Shown in pieces: positions 38,643 to 51,960 of a DNA stretch of 64,000 nucleotides. Source of the stretch: Utricularia gibba (lineage: Eukaryota > Plantae > Magnoliophyta); NCBI GenBank assembly GCA_002189035.1, contig NEEC01000002.1, forward strand, positions 434,001-498,000, written 5' to 3'. The notes below the pieces were generated by a model. It was not told the DNA's origin. It ran no database searches and worked only from the letters and a program-made list of their open reading frames with translations. The translations under genes were made by a program, and so were the position numbers. The first letter of the stretch is position 1, and each line of letters opens with the position of its first letter.

Positions 38643-39181
38643 CTAGCCTGACAAAAAATATTCAGTTTTTCCAGGATAGGATCTTAGGAACGTGAGAGCG
38701 AATTTCAGGGAACAAAATAAGCATGGTAAATAGCTCAGAGGTAACTCACTCTACCGGTTACTTCCCTTCAGAGCTTTCAACAGACTAAACAAGTGCAAAA
38801 AAATGCTAAAAACTCTACAATAAACTCAAATATATTGAAAAAAGTGGCATGCATTTTCAATACTAAAGGAAAAAAGATTTCTAAACACAGAATCATGCAA
38901 GAAAAATCACGACCCATAAACATCGAACAATTGCAGCAGCATTTTAAAATGAGAAAAAACCTACTTAGGAGTGATCACCCAGAATCATCCTGGTTCTGGA
39001 ATCAGAAACATCAATACGAGAACATAACTTACCAGTTTCACGCTCCGTTGGCGGAAGCAGTGAGAAAAGACGAGGAAAAGCCGAGAGATATTTTACTATT
39101 CTACTTTTTCTTCTTCACCTGGAATATTTTCGAAAATGCAGTTTTATTCCCAGATTATTCCCTAAATTACATTCACACCCA

Positions 39182-39245
39182 TGGGCCATTAAGCTATTTA
39201 GAATATGGGCCCACGAAATCTACTCTGAGGCCCATAGCCCACCAG
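39182..39245. promoter_or_regulatory. Site II cluster in the NRPD2/PIRL divergent promoter
   Basis: TGGGCC at 39182 and 39207, GGCCCA at about 39229, AGCCCA at about 39236. Confidence 0.5.
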
Positions 39246-39332
39246 CCTCACCTATAAATTCATGATTCATCGGACTTGGAGCAGAGTGGTGGGTAAAACG
39301 GGACTCTCCTGATCGTTGAGGGCATCGAAAAC

Positions 39333-41270
39333 ATGGATCCCAATCCGAAGAATTTCCCGATTCTCTCCTACGTGATGTCCAAGGTTCCTCCAGTCCTCAA
39401 ACGCTCGCTCTCTGGCGCGGCCAATGCCTCTGATGTGGAGAATCCACCGGAGGTGGAGCTCAAGCCGAAGGAGCCTTATTTTGAGATCACAGAACGGATG
39501 CCTCACCTCAAGAATCCCTCTCTTATTACCGCTATGCGAAGCGCGGTGAGTGACGTCGTGCAGAGTCGATCCACGCTCCAAGCTCTCGGCAAGAGGCCCG
39601 ATCATGAGACCGTCGAGGCGGCGAGGCTCAGGTTATCGCAGATAGAGGCTCATTCGTCGCAGGATTCTGAGGAAATGATGCAGGAGATTGAGATGTACAA
39701 GGCGGTGCTTTCGCTTGATCAGATGCACGATGCGTACGGGAAGATGCTGAGCGAAGCGGAGACGAAGTTAGAGAAAATCTACGAGGCGGCGATGGCGGGA
39801 AGTGAAGTGATCGAGGAGGAGCCCGTGAATGAGGAAGTGGAAATGGATGAGGAAGTGGTACGCATTCTTAAGGAGGCGGAATCGGGTAAAGAGATCAAGG
39901 CTGTGGATTTGTCTGGTAGAAAGTTGAGGATTTTTCCCGAGGCGTTCGGAAAAGTGAAGTCCTTGGTTGTACTAAATTTGTCCAATAATCAGCTGCAGGT
40001 TCATTTACGATTCCAAATTTATATGATTATCGAGATTCTACGCTTAGTTTTCTTGCTTTCCTCTGCTTTTCTCCTCTATCCATTGTGAGGATGACGTGTT
40101 GTTGGTGAGCATATTGCTTCAAGTATGAATGCATGGGCAGCTGCATTTGTTTGCTCTTTGTAGGGCTTCTGCCAAGTTTGCTAATTTGGTTCTTTTCTTT
40201 AGATAGAAAAAAGCAACCATTGCATCCGCAATACCTGAAACATAATTGCAATTTTCTGTTCGAAATCTCGTAAAGGTTGATGATATGCGTTTATACTCTG
40301 GTTTGAAAGTGGAAATTGATGTTTTTGGCATTCTGGAAACTTATGTTGGGGATTGACGTTTGAATCTGATGTTAAATTGATAAAAACAGGTGCTTCCTGA
40401 TTCAATTGCTGGTTTGGAAAATCTCGAGGCACTCCTTCTCTCAGGAAATCTTCTCGAGTCATTGTCTGATTCCATTGGTCTCCTGTTTAAGCTAAAGTTC
40501 TTAGACGTTTCAGGGAACAAGCTTATTGCACTGCCTGACAGTATTTCTCAATGCAGGTGAAATTTTTCCAGTTAAAAATTTACATCTACATCTTCCTTCA
40601 AATTGCTGATACTTGTCACTAACAGGATGCTGGAGGAATTGGATGCAAGCTTCAACAGGCTTACCTATCTTCCAACCAACATTGGGTATGAACTTGTGAA
40701 TCTGAGACGGCTGTCAATCCACCTCAATAAAATTGGCTCTCTTCCTGCATCTATTGGTGAGATGACGTCTTTGCGTGTTTTGGATGTGCACTTCAATGAG
40801 CTTAGTGGACTTCCAGATTCAATCGGAAAGCTGACATGTCTAGAAACCCTTAATCTCAATGGCAACTTCAGTGACCTGACAGAGCTCCCTGATACAATAT
40901 CTGAACTGATCAACCTCAAGGAACTTGATCTGAGTAATAACCAGATTCATGCCTTGCCTGACACCTTTGGATTCCTCCACAGTTTATCAAAGCTGAACTT
41001 GGACCAGAACCCTCTTGTTATACCTCCCAAGGAGATTGTGGCTGAAGGAGCCGATGCTGTTAGGTCTTATATGGTGCAAAGATGGGAAGACATATCCAAG
41101 GAAAATGAGCGCAAAAGCATTGAAATGCAACAGCAATCCGAAGCCGGTTTGTTGATGCGGAGTACCTCGTGGCTGAATAACCTGGTCACCAATGTCGCTG
41201 GTACCGTTTCTGAGTATCTAGGAAGCCCAAAAACGCTAACATGGATCCCTCTCTGAATCAGCAACTGTAG
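39333..41270 (+). CDS. Plant intracellular Ras-group-related LRR protein (PIRL1/9-like), 3 exons
   Basis: [17 protein letters not shown], coiled region, LRRs ([40 protein letters not shown]). The C-terminus DPSLNQQL* is reached via a frameshift at 41229-41233. Confidence 0.9.
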
Positions 41271-41833
41271 CAACTTCAGATCAAATGCTTTTCTCCCATT
41301 AGCTCGGTACAAAAAGATGAAAACCAGTTGTTTCCAAAAGATTCTTCACCGGCGCTCCTGCTTTACCCCTGTAATAAGGAAACCGAGGCACTGGAAGCAT
41401 CCTGTGCTTCACCCTTCGTCCACCGTGCCCTCAAGGTTTGTGTTTTTTGCACCCAAGATCTTGCCCAGTTTTGGGCTATAACTAACATCTTGCTGCCTGA
41501 TTCCTTGTGTTTGTTGCACTTGGTGCGAAGAGATTGATATCAAGAGTCATCCTTCCATTCCGATAGTTAACTGGTTCGTGTCCCGTCATCTACTTGACTC
41601 TTTGATTCTGGGTGTTCGTTTTTGCATCCATCCATCTATCTGTTCCCGGAGGGCGCCGCCCCCGCTTCGAGAACACGATGATGCATTGAGTGCCGTCAGT
41701 GTATCAGTTCCGAAACTTGACCATGAACAGTGCCACCGTTAACCTTAAATATACACGTGATGAAAATGAAATTCTGCGGTTATTATTTCCTATTATTGAA
41801 AACACGTAGACAGGTGAGTAACATGCAAACGAG

Positions 41834-43370
41834 CTAAACCGTGGCAGGTTTAGCAACCAAGCGAAGGGGCACTTTCTTGTGTACTACGATCCCTACCGCT
41901 TCCTCCATATCCACATCCTCGGGCCTCATCCCCACCGGAAGCGCCCAGTCGTACCGCAGGATAAGATTGGCCAGCGCGAGCTCCACGATCTGCAACCCGA
42001 AGTTGATCCCGGGGCAGATCCTCCTACCCGCCCCGAACGGGAGATACCCGAAATGGTGCCCTCTGTAGTCGATTTTGCTCTCAGTAGCGAACCTCTCCGG
42101 CCAGAATACCTCCGGCCTTTCCCAGTACTCGGGGTCCAGGGACAGCGCAGTCGCGTTGATGATCACCCTGGCTTTCTCCGAGATTTCCCATTTTCCGGCG
42201 ATGGTACACCTCCTGGTGGTTTCCCTAGGGAGCAACAACGGCGCCGGTGGATGAAGTCTTAGCGATTCCTTTACCACGAGCTGGAGGTACGTCAGCTTCG
42301 GGAGGTCCTTTTCTTCTATCGCTTCTTTCCCGGTCCCTATTTCTCGGACCTGCTGCTGTAGTTTCTCTAGGATCTCAGGATTTCTCATGAGCTCCGCCAT
42401 CGTCCACACGACAGTCGCGGAGGAGGTATCAGTTCCGGCGACGAAGACGTCCTGCAGGTAAAACCCTGTGAAAACATTCTGTGCATACAGTGAGAAGATG
42501 ATTCTACTCACTACCACTTACGAGGAGAACGCTCTTGATTTGATCCATGTTGAGCTCGATCGTGCGGTGAGGATCCTTTTGGAGCCTCAGCAACACATCC
42601 ACGATATCTTCCTCCGCCGCAGGTTTCTTCCCGCGATGCTCCTCGATCACCTCATCGAAGAACGCATCGAGCTCCTTCTGACATGCAGCGATCTCCTTGT
42701 CCACGCCGTTGACCCTGTTGATGACCCTCAGCCACGGGAAGAAATCCGCGATGTTGAACTCCCCAACCAGCGCCTGCAGCTTCCTTAGGAGCGCCTCAAA
42801 TCGAGCATCGAATCTCCGGCAGAACGCCACGTGGCACACCACCGTGTTGCTGAGGCGGAACGCGGCGGAGCTCAAGTCGACCGGCTTAGAATCTTCTCCT
42901 ATTTTATCCACCATGCTACGCACTTCCCGTTCGCGAACTTTCCCGAAGGACTCCACTCGTTTCACAGTCAGCAGCTCGAGCAGCGCGAGCTTCCTGACCT
43001 CGCGCCAGTACCCGCCGTAGGGCGCGAATGCGATGTCCACGTTTTTGGTAATCTTCTCGAGGGTGTACAACGAGGGCCTGCTAGAGAAGCTCAGATCGTG
43101 GTTCTTGAATATCTCCTGAGCCATTTCAGCCGAAGAGACGACTAGAGTCGGCACGGAGCCGAGCTGGAGGAGCATCAGGCTGCCGTACTTTCTTGAAAGC
43201 TGGAGCAGGGTTTTGTGTGGGGATTTCGTTCCCAGTTGGTGGAGGTTCCCTATGAACGGGAGCTTCGGAGGCGCCGGCGGCTGCCTGGTTTTGCTCCGGC
43301 TGCTCTTCGACCTGAAGAACAGCAACAGCAGAAGCGTGATGAAGGAGATGAAGATGAAGATGGCAGCCAT
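41834..43370 (-). CDS. Cytochrome P450, CYP71 clan (CYP71A9/CYP71AH-like), 488 aa; exons 43370-42522 and 42451-41834
   Basis: N-terminal anchor, PPAPPKLPFIGNLHQL, AGTDT, ESLR (ExxR), PERF, heme motif PFGAGRRICPG. Single 70-nt GT-AG intron. Confidence 0.95.
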
Positions 43371-44159
43371 TCTTTGGTGATCCGTGGATGAAGATGCACG
43401 AATTGACAGGTATATATAATCAATCGGCCAAGACGTTTCCCGTAGAGTTTGATTTTTCTTGCAAAAATATTCAAAAAAGTAATATTTTCAATTTGTGGAA
43501 AGTACCGACAACCTTGATCGTGTTTGGTTGCATTTGAGCCTCCATCCATATCCATATATGTTGTCAACGCATGCACCATGTTCTAAGTGTTTTAAAAATA
43601 TATTATTTAATTTAAAACATACATTTATATTGAATATTTTTTTAATAAATTGAAACGGTTCAATAATTTTATTTTTTTAAAAAAATTCAAGTACATAAAA
43701 AGTATTATTTAAATAGAATGCATCCATTTTCTGATTTATTTATAATTTAAATTGAATCGTATCTAGTATGAATTTAATTTATTAATATTTTTATGTGATA
43801 TTCAAATCAAGATGGCCGACTTCAAACGAGATTTCAAACAATATTTAGTAAGCCATGTGAATTATGATGATTTGAATATGAGTTAATGGTGCGCGAATTC
43901 ATCATTTACTCTTGGGATTTCTTCGGGGATTTATTTTAATTTTTTTGATATAATATTTTTTAAATAAAATGACATAAGATATAGTAGGGGAAAATAACTT
44001 AATAAAATTTCGTAGAACCTAAGCTGGTGTTCCAACATAAATCATATATTAGATAATAAATATTTTATATATTAAATATCGAATTTGTATTAGTACATGT
44101 TATTTGAATATTATTTTTTAATACCAAGATCTGGGATAATTTAATATATCTAAATGCAG

Positions 44160-44345
44160 TTTGGCAGAGGGTTTCTGGTCGTTGGGAGGAAGCCAATACG
44201 CGATGAATCTCAGGCGCCGTGCCGTGTGTGCCGCTGCCTGTGGACAGGAATACGAGGTCGAGGATTGTAGTCGCACCTACATGAATGGACGTGCGACAAT
44301 GCTCCATTGGCTGGCATCATCGCCGTGGTCGCCAGGCAATCGGTT
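44160..44345 (+). mobile_element. Possible degenerate Mutator-like (MULE) transposase SWIM-region remnant
   Basis: GC-rich island in AT-rich DNA. It translates to ..CAAACGQEYEVEDCSRTY.. then, in another frame, TCD..LAGI, loosely like MuDR G-E[YF]EV---V-L--TCSC--W--GIPC. The match is weak. Confidence 0.25.
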
Positions 44346-44591
44346 CGGTTTTATGATCATTTGTTTTTCAGTTTGATTTCCTGGATCTGCCGACTGTTAA
44401 ATAACTATGAATCATTGCGATGTGAAATGGATTTACGCTGTGCGGTGGATTGTGGCTTGTGATGCAGATTGAGAACATGGCTGCTTGTAATCTTGTCGGC
44501 AAAAAAAACTGAGGGGTATTTGTTAATGGCGTGTTGCAAGAAAAATGAAACAGTTGCTTGTAGTAGCTTGGGCCCTGTATATGCCTCTTCC

Positions 44592-47498
44592 TCATGGGGC
44601 ATCCTGGTGGCCATGGATTGCGTGGATCAGCGCCTCCGGCAACCTCTTTGTAGCCTTGAAGTATCCGGCAGTCGCACAGATCAATTTCCCAACACAAGAA
44701 GTATGTATTTTGTTTCACAAAATGAAGGCTGACCTGAAAATGGCGCATGTGAAGAATGGGCTCACAGCCAACATCTGCAACTGCCTTGCCGTTGGGAGTT
44801 TGCAGACTGAAGCTTCTTGCTTTGAAGGCTGAAAGGCTCTCTGTTTCATCTGGTAACCTGCGGCACACATCCAGCAGACTGTCGAGAGAATTCATCTGTG
44901 GGAAAAGCCATACGAAGCCGGGTTAGTTGAGTGACCATTGATTGGCAGAAGGAAGCTCAGGCTGACCTTCATGTAAGGGCATGATGCGCAGCCCCCATGA
45001 ATGGAGCACCCTTCTCCACTTGCAACACCAGGGACTACCTGGAATTCGAAAGACTCACCACCTTCTGATGAAAAGGAGCTTGGAGTTCTAGTTATGGACT
45101 CCGATGAAACAGGGAACACTATCTCCACTGTCACTTTAGCTGCACCATGCAATTCTACAGAGGTCAGTAGCTTCCGGACTGTTGCAACGATTGAAGTCAC
45201 CATTCCTGATTCTGTTCCAAGAACGAACTGGAGATGCTCATCCACATTTCTGTGGATGGCTTCTGTCACAGTCTCTTTGATGAAGTCTAGTATGTTTTGA
45301 GTCGAGCCCACAACCCCTGTTCCTCTTCTCTTTGCCTCCATCGCAAGGGAGAACATCTCACCAGGAACCTCAAAGTGTGCAGTTAAAAATGCATCACAGT
45401 AATGCTCCTTTATTTTGGCAACAACTTCATGTCCAAACAGGTGATGAACAATGCATGTGCCATCCTGGTGATGGAGACAGATTGGAGTAATGTGAAGAGG
45501 ATATTCAAGATGCCAGCATTGTCTAGAATTGCATACAAAAATCTATGCCCTCACCTGAAAGTAATGGAATCTGGGTATCAATGATGCTATGGAGCTTCTG
45601 TTGTGCTGTGGATGCACTTCTGCTATTTCTTCATCACTCATCAGAGCCATCTGACTCAGTAAGTCCATTATGTTTCTCCCCATGTAGGTATCAGGGCCAT
45701 ACCACACGTGTAAATTGTTTATCTCGGAAAAAGCCTGAATGAAGGGTTCATGGTGGGATCTGGTCAGAAACTAATGGCAGCAGTCTTGAGAAGAGCAAAA
45801 CCAACCTGGAGAATGGTTTGCATGACATTGGAGGAGGTACATGTTATCGTTGGAACAACTTCATGAGAATACGCCTTAGTTTCCAGGGAGGTATTTATGT
45901 AAACAACATGGAGAGCAGGGGAATGAACAGAAGCTGCTGCAGTTGCAAGATAGTCAACATAAGCAGGGCTGGCTGCAGCATCAGCCAGAGAGCAGCCAAT
46001 GCGTTCATTTGACATCCTGTAGACACCTACCTGAACAGAATCCTGGTTACTGAATATGCGAGAGCCAAAAGAAACACACAGATCAGGGCCATGCTGATTA
46101 CCTCTGGATAGCCAGCATGATCGAGGATAGCGCGAACATTTTCTGACATAAAGTCTACACCAAGCACAGCGATGAATTTGCAACCAGATTTAGCCATTTT
46201 GACAGCAGAATCAGCCATGACCAAGGAATCAGATATGTGAATATGAGGCCAGAGTTTCTGTGCTGCTGTCAAAATGCCTTGCACCTCAGGGTCCATGTAA
46301 AAATGTGCAACAATACCAATCTTCTTCTCTTCCAGCAAATTTACCAGCTCCATTATTTTTAACTCATCAGGAAGCAGAAACCTTGCCTGCGACACACTTC
46401 AAGGAGACTTAAACATGTTCAACAATACAGGTGGCCAAATCTCTAAACTACTTGCATTGTTTTTCAAGAATGGATAAACTAGAGATTCACTTGAAAAGTC
46501 AGATGAGGACATGTTTTATGAATGCTACATCTCTATATTACCATGATTTTTTCTTAGCTGTATCTACCAGGAATAAAGACATGTGAACAGAAAAAATTAC
46601 TCTGTTTCATTTACACATTTTATAATAAAAAACAGCTACAATACACATAGGAAAGCACCTGAAAAACGCCAAAACTGACTAGAAACCATTGCAGATTACA
46701 GAGTGTAAGTGGTACCTGAGCTTCTGCATAGCTCCCTTTGGCTTGTATACCATCAGCACTGATGATCAGAGATGGGAAGAGCTCACCCCAAGGCCGTCCC
46801 TCAGCCCGGGCCAACAATTCCTTGGCCTTCTTCTGCATGGTCATAAGAACATTATGCCAAGAATTAGCCCTGCTACGAGAGGAACCACTTTGGTTCCCTT
46901 TCAATCCCACAATGTTTAATGCTTCCAAATCCTCTGTCTTCACTGCTATAACCTCCTCAGGCGTGGCGCCGTCAAGCAGGAAAATCAAACAGGCACAAAA
47001 TCCCTTAGTAACCTCTGAATCACTATCAGCCAAAAAGGTTAACTTGTTATCACCGTCCATTTGTACATGCAACCAAACCCGAGAAGTACACCCAGGGACA
47101 CGATTGTTGGTGCCTTTAAGAGAATCCTCGAGTGGAGGAAGAAGCTGTGCATAGTGCAACAGCCTTCTAAACCGATCCAGGGGGTCTGTTAATGACTGGA
47201 ACTCATGAACCAGGAATCCCAGTTTCTGTTTGGCTGTCATATTGTTTGCTGGGGTGGCAAGATTGTTGCTTCCAGAAGCATCGGTGTGGCGAGAAGCCAC
47301 CGCGGAGCAGGAAAAATGAATCCCTGAAATGGATTTAAGCGGAAACGGAAAGTGAAGCCATGACTTGGAAGAGTAACCGCGATTCTCCAGGGGATGACAT
47401 GTGGGTTCACGGTTCAACAAAAAGTTCACTTTTGGAAGACGGGAAACATTCATCGATGCCGAAGAAGCAGCCCTCGTTGGAATCGAAATAGGCTCCAT
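44592..47498 (-). CDS. QS: Quinolinate synthase, chloroplastic (SufE + NadA domains), multi-exon
   Basis: SufE part NNRVPGCTSRVW, ADSDSEVTKGFCA. NadA part GIVAHFYMDPEVQG, LGVDFMSENVR, IGCSLADAA, VYINTSLETKA, GTESGMVTS, GGCASCPYMK. Confidence 0.93.
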
Positions 47499-47956
47499 CT
47501 TCTGTTACAAAAGAGAGAAACCAACAATAGAAACAGCAGCTTTGATCGGAGACGTGATCCCAGAAAGGCGATCAACACGCCAAGAAGGAAGAAGGGGATA
47601 AAGATGCAGTGGAGAGGAGTCCACAGCTCACAAGGCGCCAAAAAGTGCAGTGGCCTTTTGGCTTTATGACATCGTCAGAAACCTAACAAATTCTCAACCT
47701 TTTTTATTTCCTCTTACAGGAATGGTCTGGTTATGGCGGCGTGTGGGATGGGATGATGGCACCAGTTGGCGACGCCTTGAGGAGATGGAAAATTTTAATT
47801 TTTCCTGTTCTCTTTTTATTTCTAGTAAACAGGCTACACAAGTGGCTGCATTGGGAACATGTCTCTACACACAATTCAAAACTCAAAAGCGTTTTCCCGT
47901 ACTAAGATGACACAGGGACATGCAAAAACTCATGCTTCCTTTGCTGCAAGTTTGTA

Positions 47957-49914
47957 TCAGTGAGATCTCACGTCTTGGAGGTAATGGCTCAACTGCTGTG
48001 AGGCAAGAAACAACGCGTCTGCGGCAAGGAAGAGTCCAAACTGCCAAAAAGGTATGAGCCGTTTCTTTTCATAAACATCTTGGAAACTCTGAACAGGGAA
48101 GCATTGTGAAGGGATCACAAGAACATCATACCAAACGAGCCGTGAAAACTAAACGGTAAGCCCAGCCTTCCTTTGCAGATACAGCTCGTTGTTGATCCGT
48201 CAAACTATCACATTTTAGGAGATGGGAGGCAGTGAAAAGTATTTCGCATGGAAGAGAGGATAAAAAATGTGAATGCAAAAGGAAACTCACCCGAGAAATT
48301 CAGACAGGCCTCCAATCCCTGCAAGCTTGAAGGGTTGAGGGCCATCTCTTTGAAGATCCTGAGATGATAAACCGCAGCCAGAATGTAAAGAGAAGGTACA
48401 AGCAACAGTTGAAGAGAAGTTGAAAAAAAAAATAACCTCTTCCTCCGCAGACTCGAGACCTCCTAGAACCCAGAAAAGGTTCGTGTAGCCAGCATTGTAC
48501 AAAAGATCACAAGCTGCAAGGGATCTGCTTTTTATCACAAAATTATCATCATTCATCTAGGGGACTCTTGAGATGCAACTGCAGACAGACTTTTAAATGC
48601 TAGCAGAATCATGCATGGAATGATTCGTTCTTCAAACATTCTAACAAGTACCGATTTGTTCAAATGATAATTGAACAAACAGAAGCAGAACCAAGATGTT
48701 GTGAGTATGATGCACGATGGATACATATCTCACCGGAAACCTTTCTGGCATGCAACAATGAGCTCCTCATCTCTCGAAAATTTCTCCTCAACTTGCGACA
48801 AGAAGCCCCTATTGAGAATATATGTTACTGCAACCAGTTTAAAGATGCAAGTACTTGGGAAAACTGGAAAACGATCATACTGATTGTAAGATAATGTGGG
48901 GATTCCAGTCCACCATCCACCTGAAAATAAATGATACAGAAACCATTGATGTCAACTTCAGATGCTCCAAGGAAAGGGAAAATTGTAGTGCTTAAAGGAT
49001 AATATGCTTTTTCATGATATATGGGTCATACCCATTAAAAACTCTGTGAGCTTCCTTGGAAGAACACCAGGATCCAGCCGGTTATCAACCTCAAATATAG
49101 GGATCCAAGTAGAACCTTTAACAAATGCCTTCAAGATATATTCTCATTGATCATCCATGAAAACCGCAAAAACATATCCAGCAATTCCATCAGAAAGTTC
49201 ACCTTTTTACGCTCGGTGGAGGGGCGGACATCGAGCAAAGGTTTATTTGAGAGCTGAATGGCATATCCAGCTTCTCGTGGAGATAAAGCTTGAACCTTCC
49301 CATCCCTCACCTTAGATAGAAAATGAAAAGCTTCATCAGCAGGCCTTTTGAAGCAGCCAAAGGAGACACCTCACAATGGATATAGTCGCTAGTAGGCGAT
49401 ATTTCAATCTAACCCGCAACCAAGAAATCTAAACTCTTAATTTGTAACCTATGCACGCAGAAAACCAATTGAATGATAAACTCCTTACATTCACTGCAAG
49501 CGAGTAAGATTATCTCCTTTTTCAGGTCCACCATTTCTAAACACTATGTTCAGGTTAGGAAAAACTCAGCACAATACTAAACACACGAGAAGAAAAGGGC
49601 AAGAAAATATCACCAATGCCTCCCATCTCTTTCTAGCAGCAGCCATATCTTTGGCTTGCTTCACCTCGTACTCTTCCCCGACCACTTGCATCTTTACGCA
49701 AAACCCAAACTGAAACAGCACCGAAGCAATCATAAACTCGATACATTTCATCTCGATACTCGACCCACAATAAAAAAATAACAAACGAAATATTCATGTT
49801 TACATTCCGACGGGTTCCCGAGGCGCGAACGAAACCTGGATAAATCCGGGCTCTTTCTCCCAGTGGCAAATGCGAAGCATTGAGGGGTGAATAATGAAGG
49901 CTCAGGGTACCCAT
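47957..49914 (-). CDS. Rhodanese-like domain protein, chloroplastic (STR11-like), multi-exon
   Basis: YEVKQAKDMAAARKRWEAL, DVRPSTER, RSLAACDLLYNAGYTNLFWVLGGLESAEEE, GPQPFKLAGIGGLSEFLG, ending LAADALFLASQQLSHYLQDVRSH*. Confidence 0.85.
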
Positions 49915-50085
49915 TCATTCAAAACCAATCTCGATGCCGGATCTTTAGGCAACTACGACGTTTGTGTTCTTAATCTCATAATTTTTCACCAACGTCTGCC
50001 TGTCTGGATCTTGTGGGGCAGGGGAAGAGTTCTTATCCACAACAGCTTCCGCAATCCACAGCGGATAAGGTACTGTTCATAGACC

Positions 50086-50422
50086 AAGCACGGCCCAGAC
50101 CGTGCCCACCTTTACATATGCCCAAAGCGTTCAGGCCCGTGGACCGCGGGCCTGGCTCGTGCCCTTGACCCGCAGGGTCCGAGATGGCCTGCCGCAGGTG
50201 CTGTTATAAGTCGGGGGATCTAGTGACAAATCACCTAGCCCACAGAAGGGCCGCGTACCAGAACGGGGGGTGGGATTGATCAGGAGGGAGAAAGCGGACA
50301 CCGGCCAAGAACTGGCATGCCCAGACCGGGTCGCGGCAACGACGTGGCCTGATTTTTTGTGGGGCCTAAAAAAAGAAACTAGCACGATAAGCCTACGAGG
50401 ACAGTGGGTCACGCATGGCCTT
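50086..50422. mobile_element. Possible decayed MITE/hAT-like non-autonomous element
   Basis: About 335-bp GC-rich intergenic island rich in GGCCC/GCACGGCCC motifs. The left end GGCCCAGACCGTGCCCAC and right end GTGGGTCACGCATGGCC are imperfect inverted repeats. No TSD identified. Confidence 0.25.
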
Positions 50423-50593
50423 CCTATTTGCTGTAGAAATAAGACTTGATTCGAAACTAACACAAAGTGAAACTACTTCAACACGAATTAAAACATGAAC
50501 ACATGGAGAATCCTCCTTCGGTGACATAAGCAGCACATATTGAATTATCAAGCTATATTCCACCACAAGGTGCCATGTACCGAGGGAGAAAGT

Positions 50594-51860
50594 TCATCGC
50601 ATATTATTGTCACGACGTCTGACATACCGAGTTCGGTCATTGTATCTAGGCCTGTCTTGGGTTCTCTGGGGCACCGGCTCCACCCTCCTTTGCCTCTCAG
50701 GAGAACGCTTCACAATTTCACCATTTACAAAAAGCTCAGCTGCAACAATGACGGAAGTTAGAAATCAAAGAACCATATACACAAAATCAACAACCCTTTT
50801 ACTCTTCAGCCACCAGAAAACACACCCACACCTAGACTAAAATGGTGTAGACTGCTCTTTTGGAAACCAAAAGCTACTTCATTTTATTGCAAACCAAGGA
50901 GAACACAAACACGAACTTCAAATAAAGTGGTAGTTGTCTGATTTTGACGACTCTCTTCCCATCGATAAAAACAAGTCCGTTCATTTGTTGGAAAACCAAT
51001 TGAGAACCGATTATCGCATTTAGGCAAGAACAAGGAAACCTACCTCCATAATCTTTGTTTTCAGCATCAACATAAGAATCAGGGAGAACGAACAACACAC
51101 CAGGCAAACCTGCAAATGGCCAATTGTGTAACCAATGCGTTAAGAAACACATATCTAATTCCAAAACCTTGGATTGAAGAAATCAACAAACCTTCAAGTT
51201 TTTGCGAGGTTTCTTCATCAATTTCACACCCGAATCCAAAGTATCTTTCGCACGATACATTATATATCTTTTTCTTCGCCTCCTCTTCACTATACACACA
51301 CATTTACGACAAAAAACATCGTCAATGGAACGAATACCAGGAATTCGACATACCAGATATGGTTCAACGATTTGTAATGCTCATGGAGATTTCGGTAGGG
51401 CTAGTTTCAAAAAAAAAAAAAATGGTACTTTGAACACGTACCTTCCTAGCACTTTAGCAAGTGTTTGAATATAGCATTCAATCATCTGCTCCTTCGTTGC
51501 CCCTTCTCCTCCAGGCTTATCCATCACTATAAGCCAGTGCTCATAGTCGCAGCCAGGGAAAAGCGGTGCCATCTCCGTCGGAGGGCGGTCGCTGAAGTTA
51601 GAACCAGAGTTCAGCGGAGAATACGCCGACCCCGATCGATTGACTCTGCATCGCACAGTATTCAGTCTCGCTGGAACCATAACACGCATTGAGTGAGATA
51701 ACGCTGGCACAGCAGAGCGAGCAGCCGATGTTTCGAATCGAAAGAATCCAGCAAGACGCTGCGGTTCCGAGATCGTGGACGACAGAAGGCGCCATCGTAT
51801 GAGAACAGCAGCACCGATAGATCGGACGGCAAACATTCTTTGGGTTACGGCGGAGGCCAT
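50594..51860 (-). CDS. MORF2: Multiple organellar RNA editing factor (MORF2/DAL1-like), 4 exons
   Basis: [100 protein letters not shown]. Confidence 0.9.
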
Positions 51861-51960
51861 TGCCTTCGGAGGGGCGATTTCGAACCCTAGCACAGGGAAT
51901 AATGCTTAACTGAAGGGTTTAACAAGTCAAGATAAGAAAGCCCATTTTGCTCTTGCTACA

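Noticed and set aside
14001-43370. Biosynthetic gene cluster made of SDR + methyltransferase + CYP71 (+ amidase)
   Set aside because: They are spread over about 30 kb among unrelated housekeeping genes. The SDR, methyltransferase and amidase look like broadly conserved orthologues, with no scaffold synthase or tandem paralogues.
41834-43370. Horizontal transfer of the CYP71 from a grass on GC grounds
   Set aside because: RPL27a, the methyltransferase and many first exons here are similarly GC-rich, and the protein resembles eudicot CYP71A9/AH.
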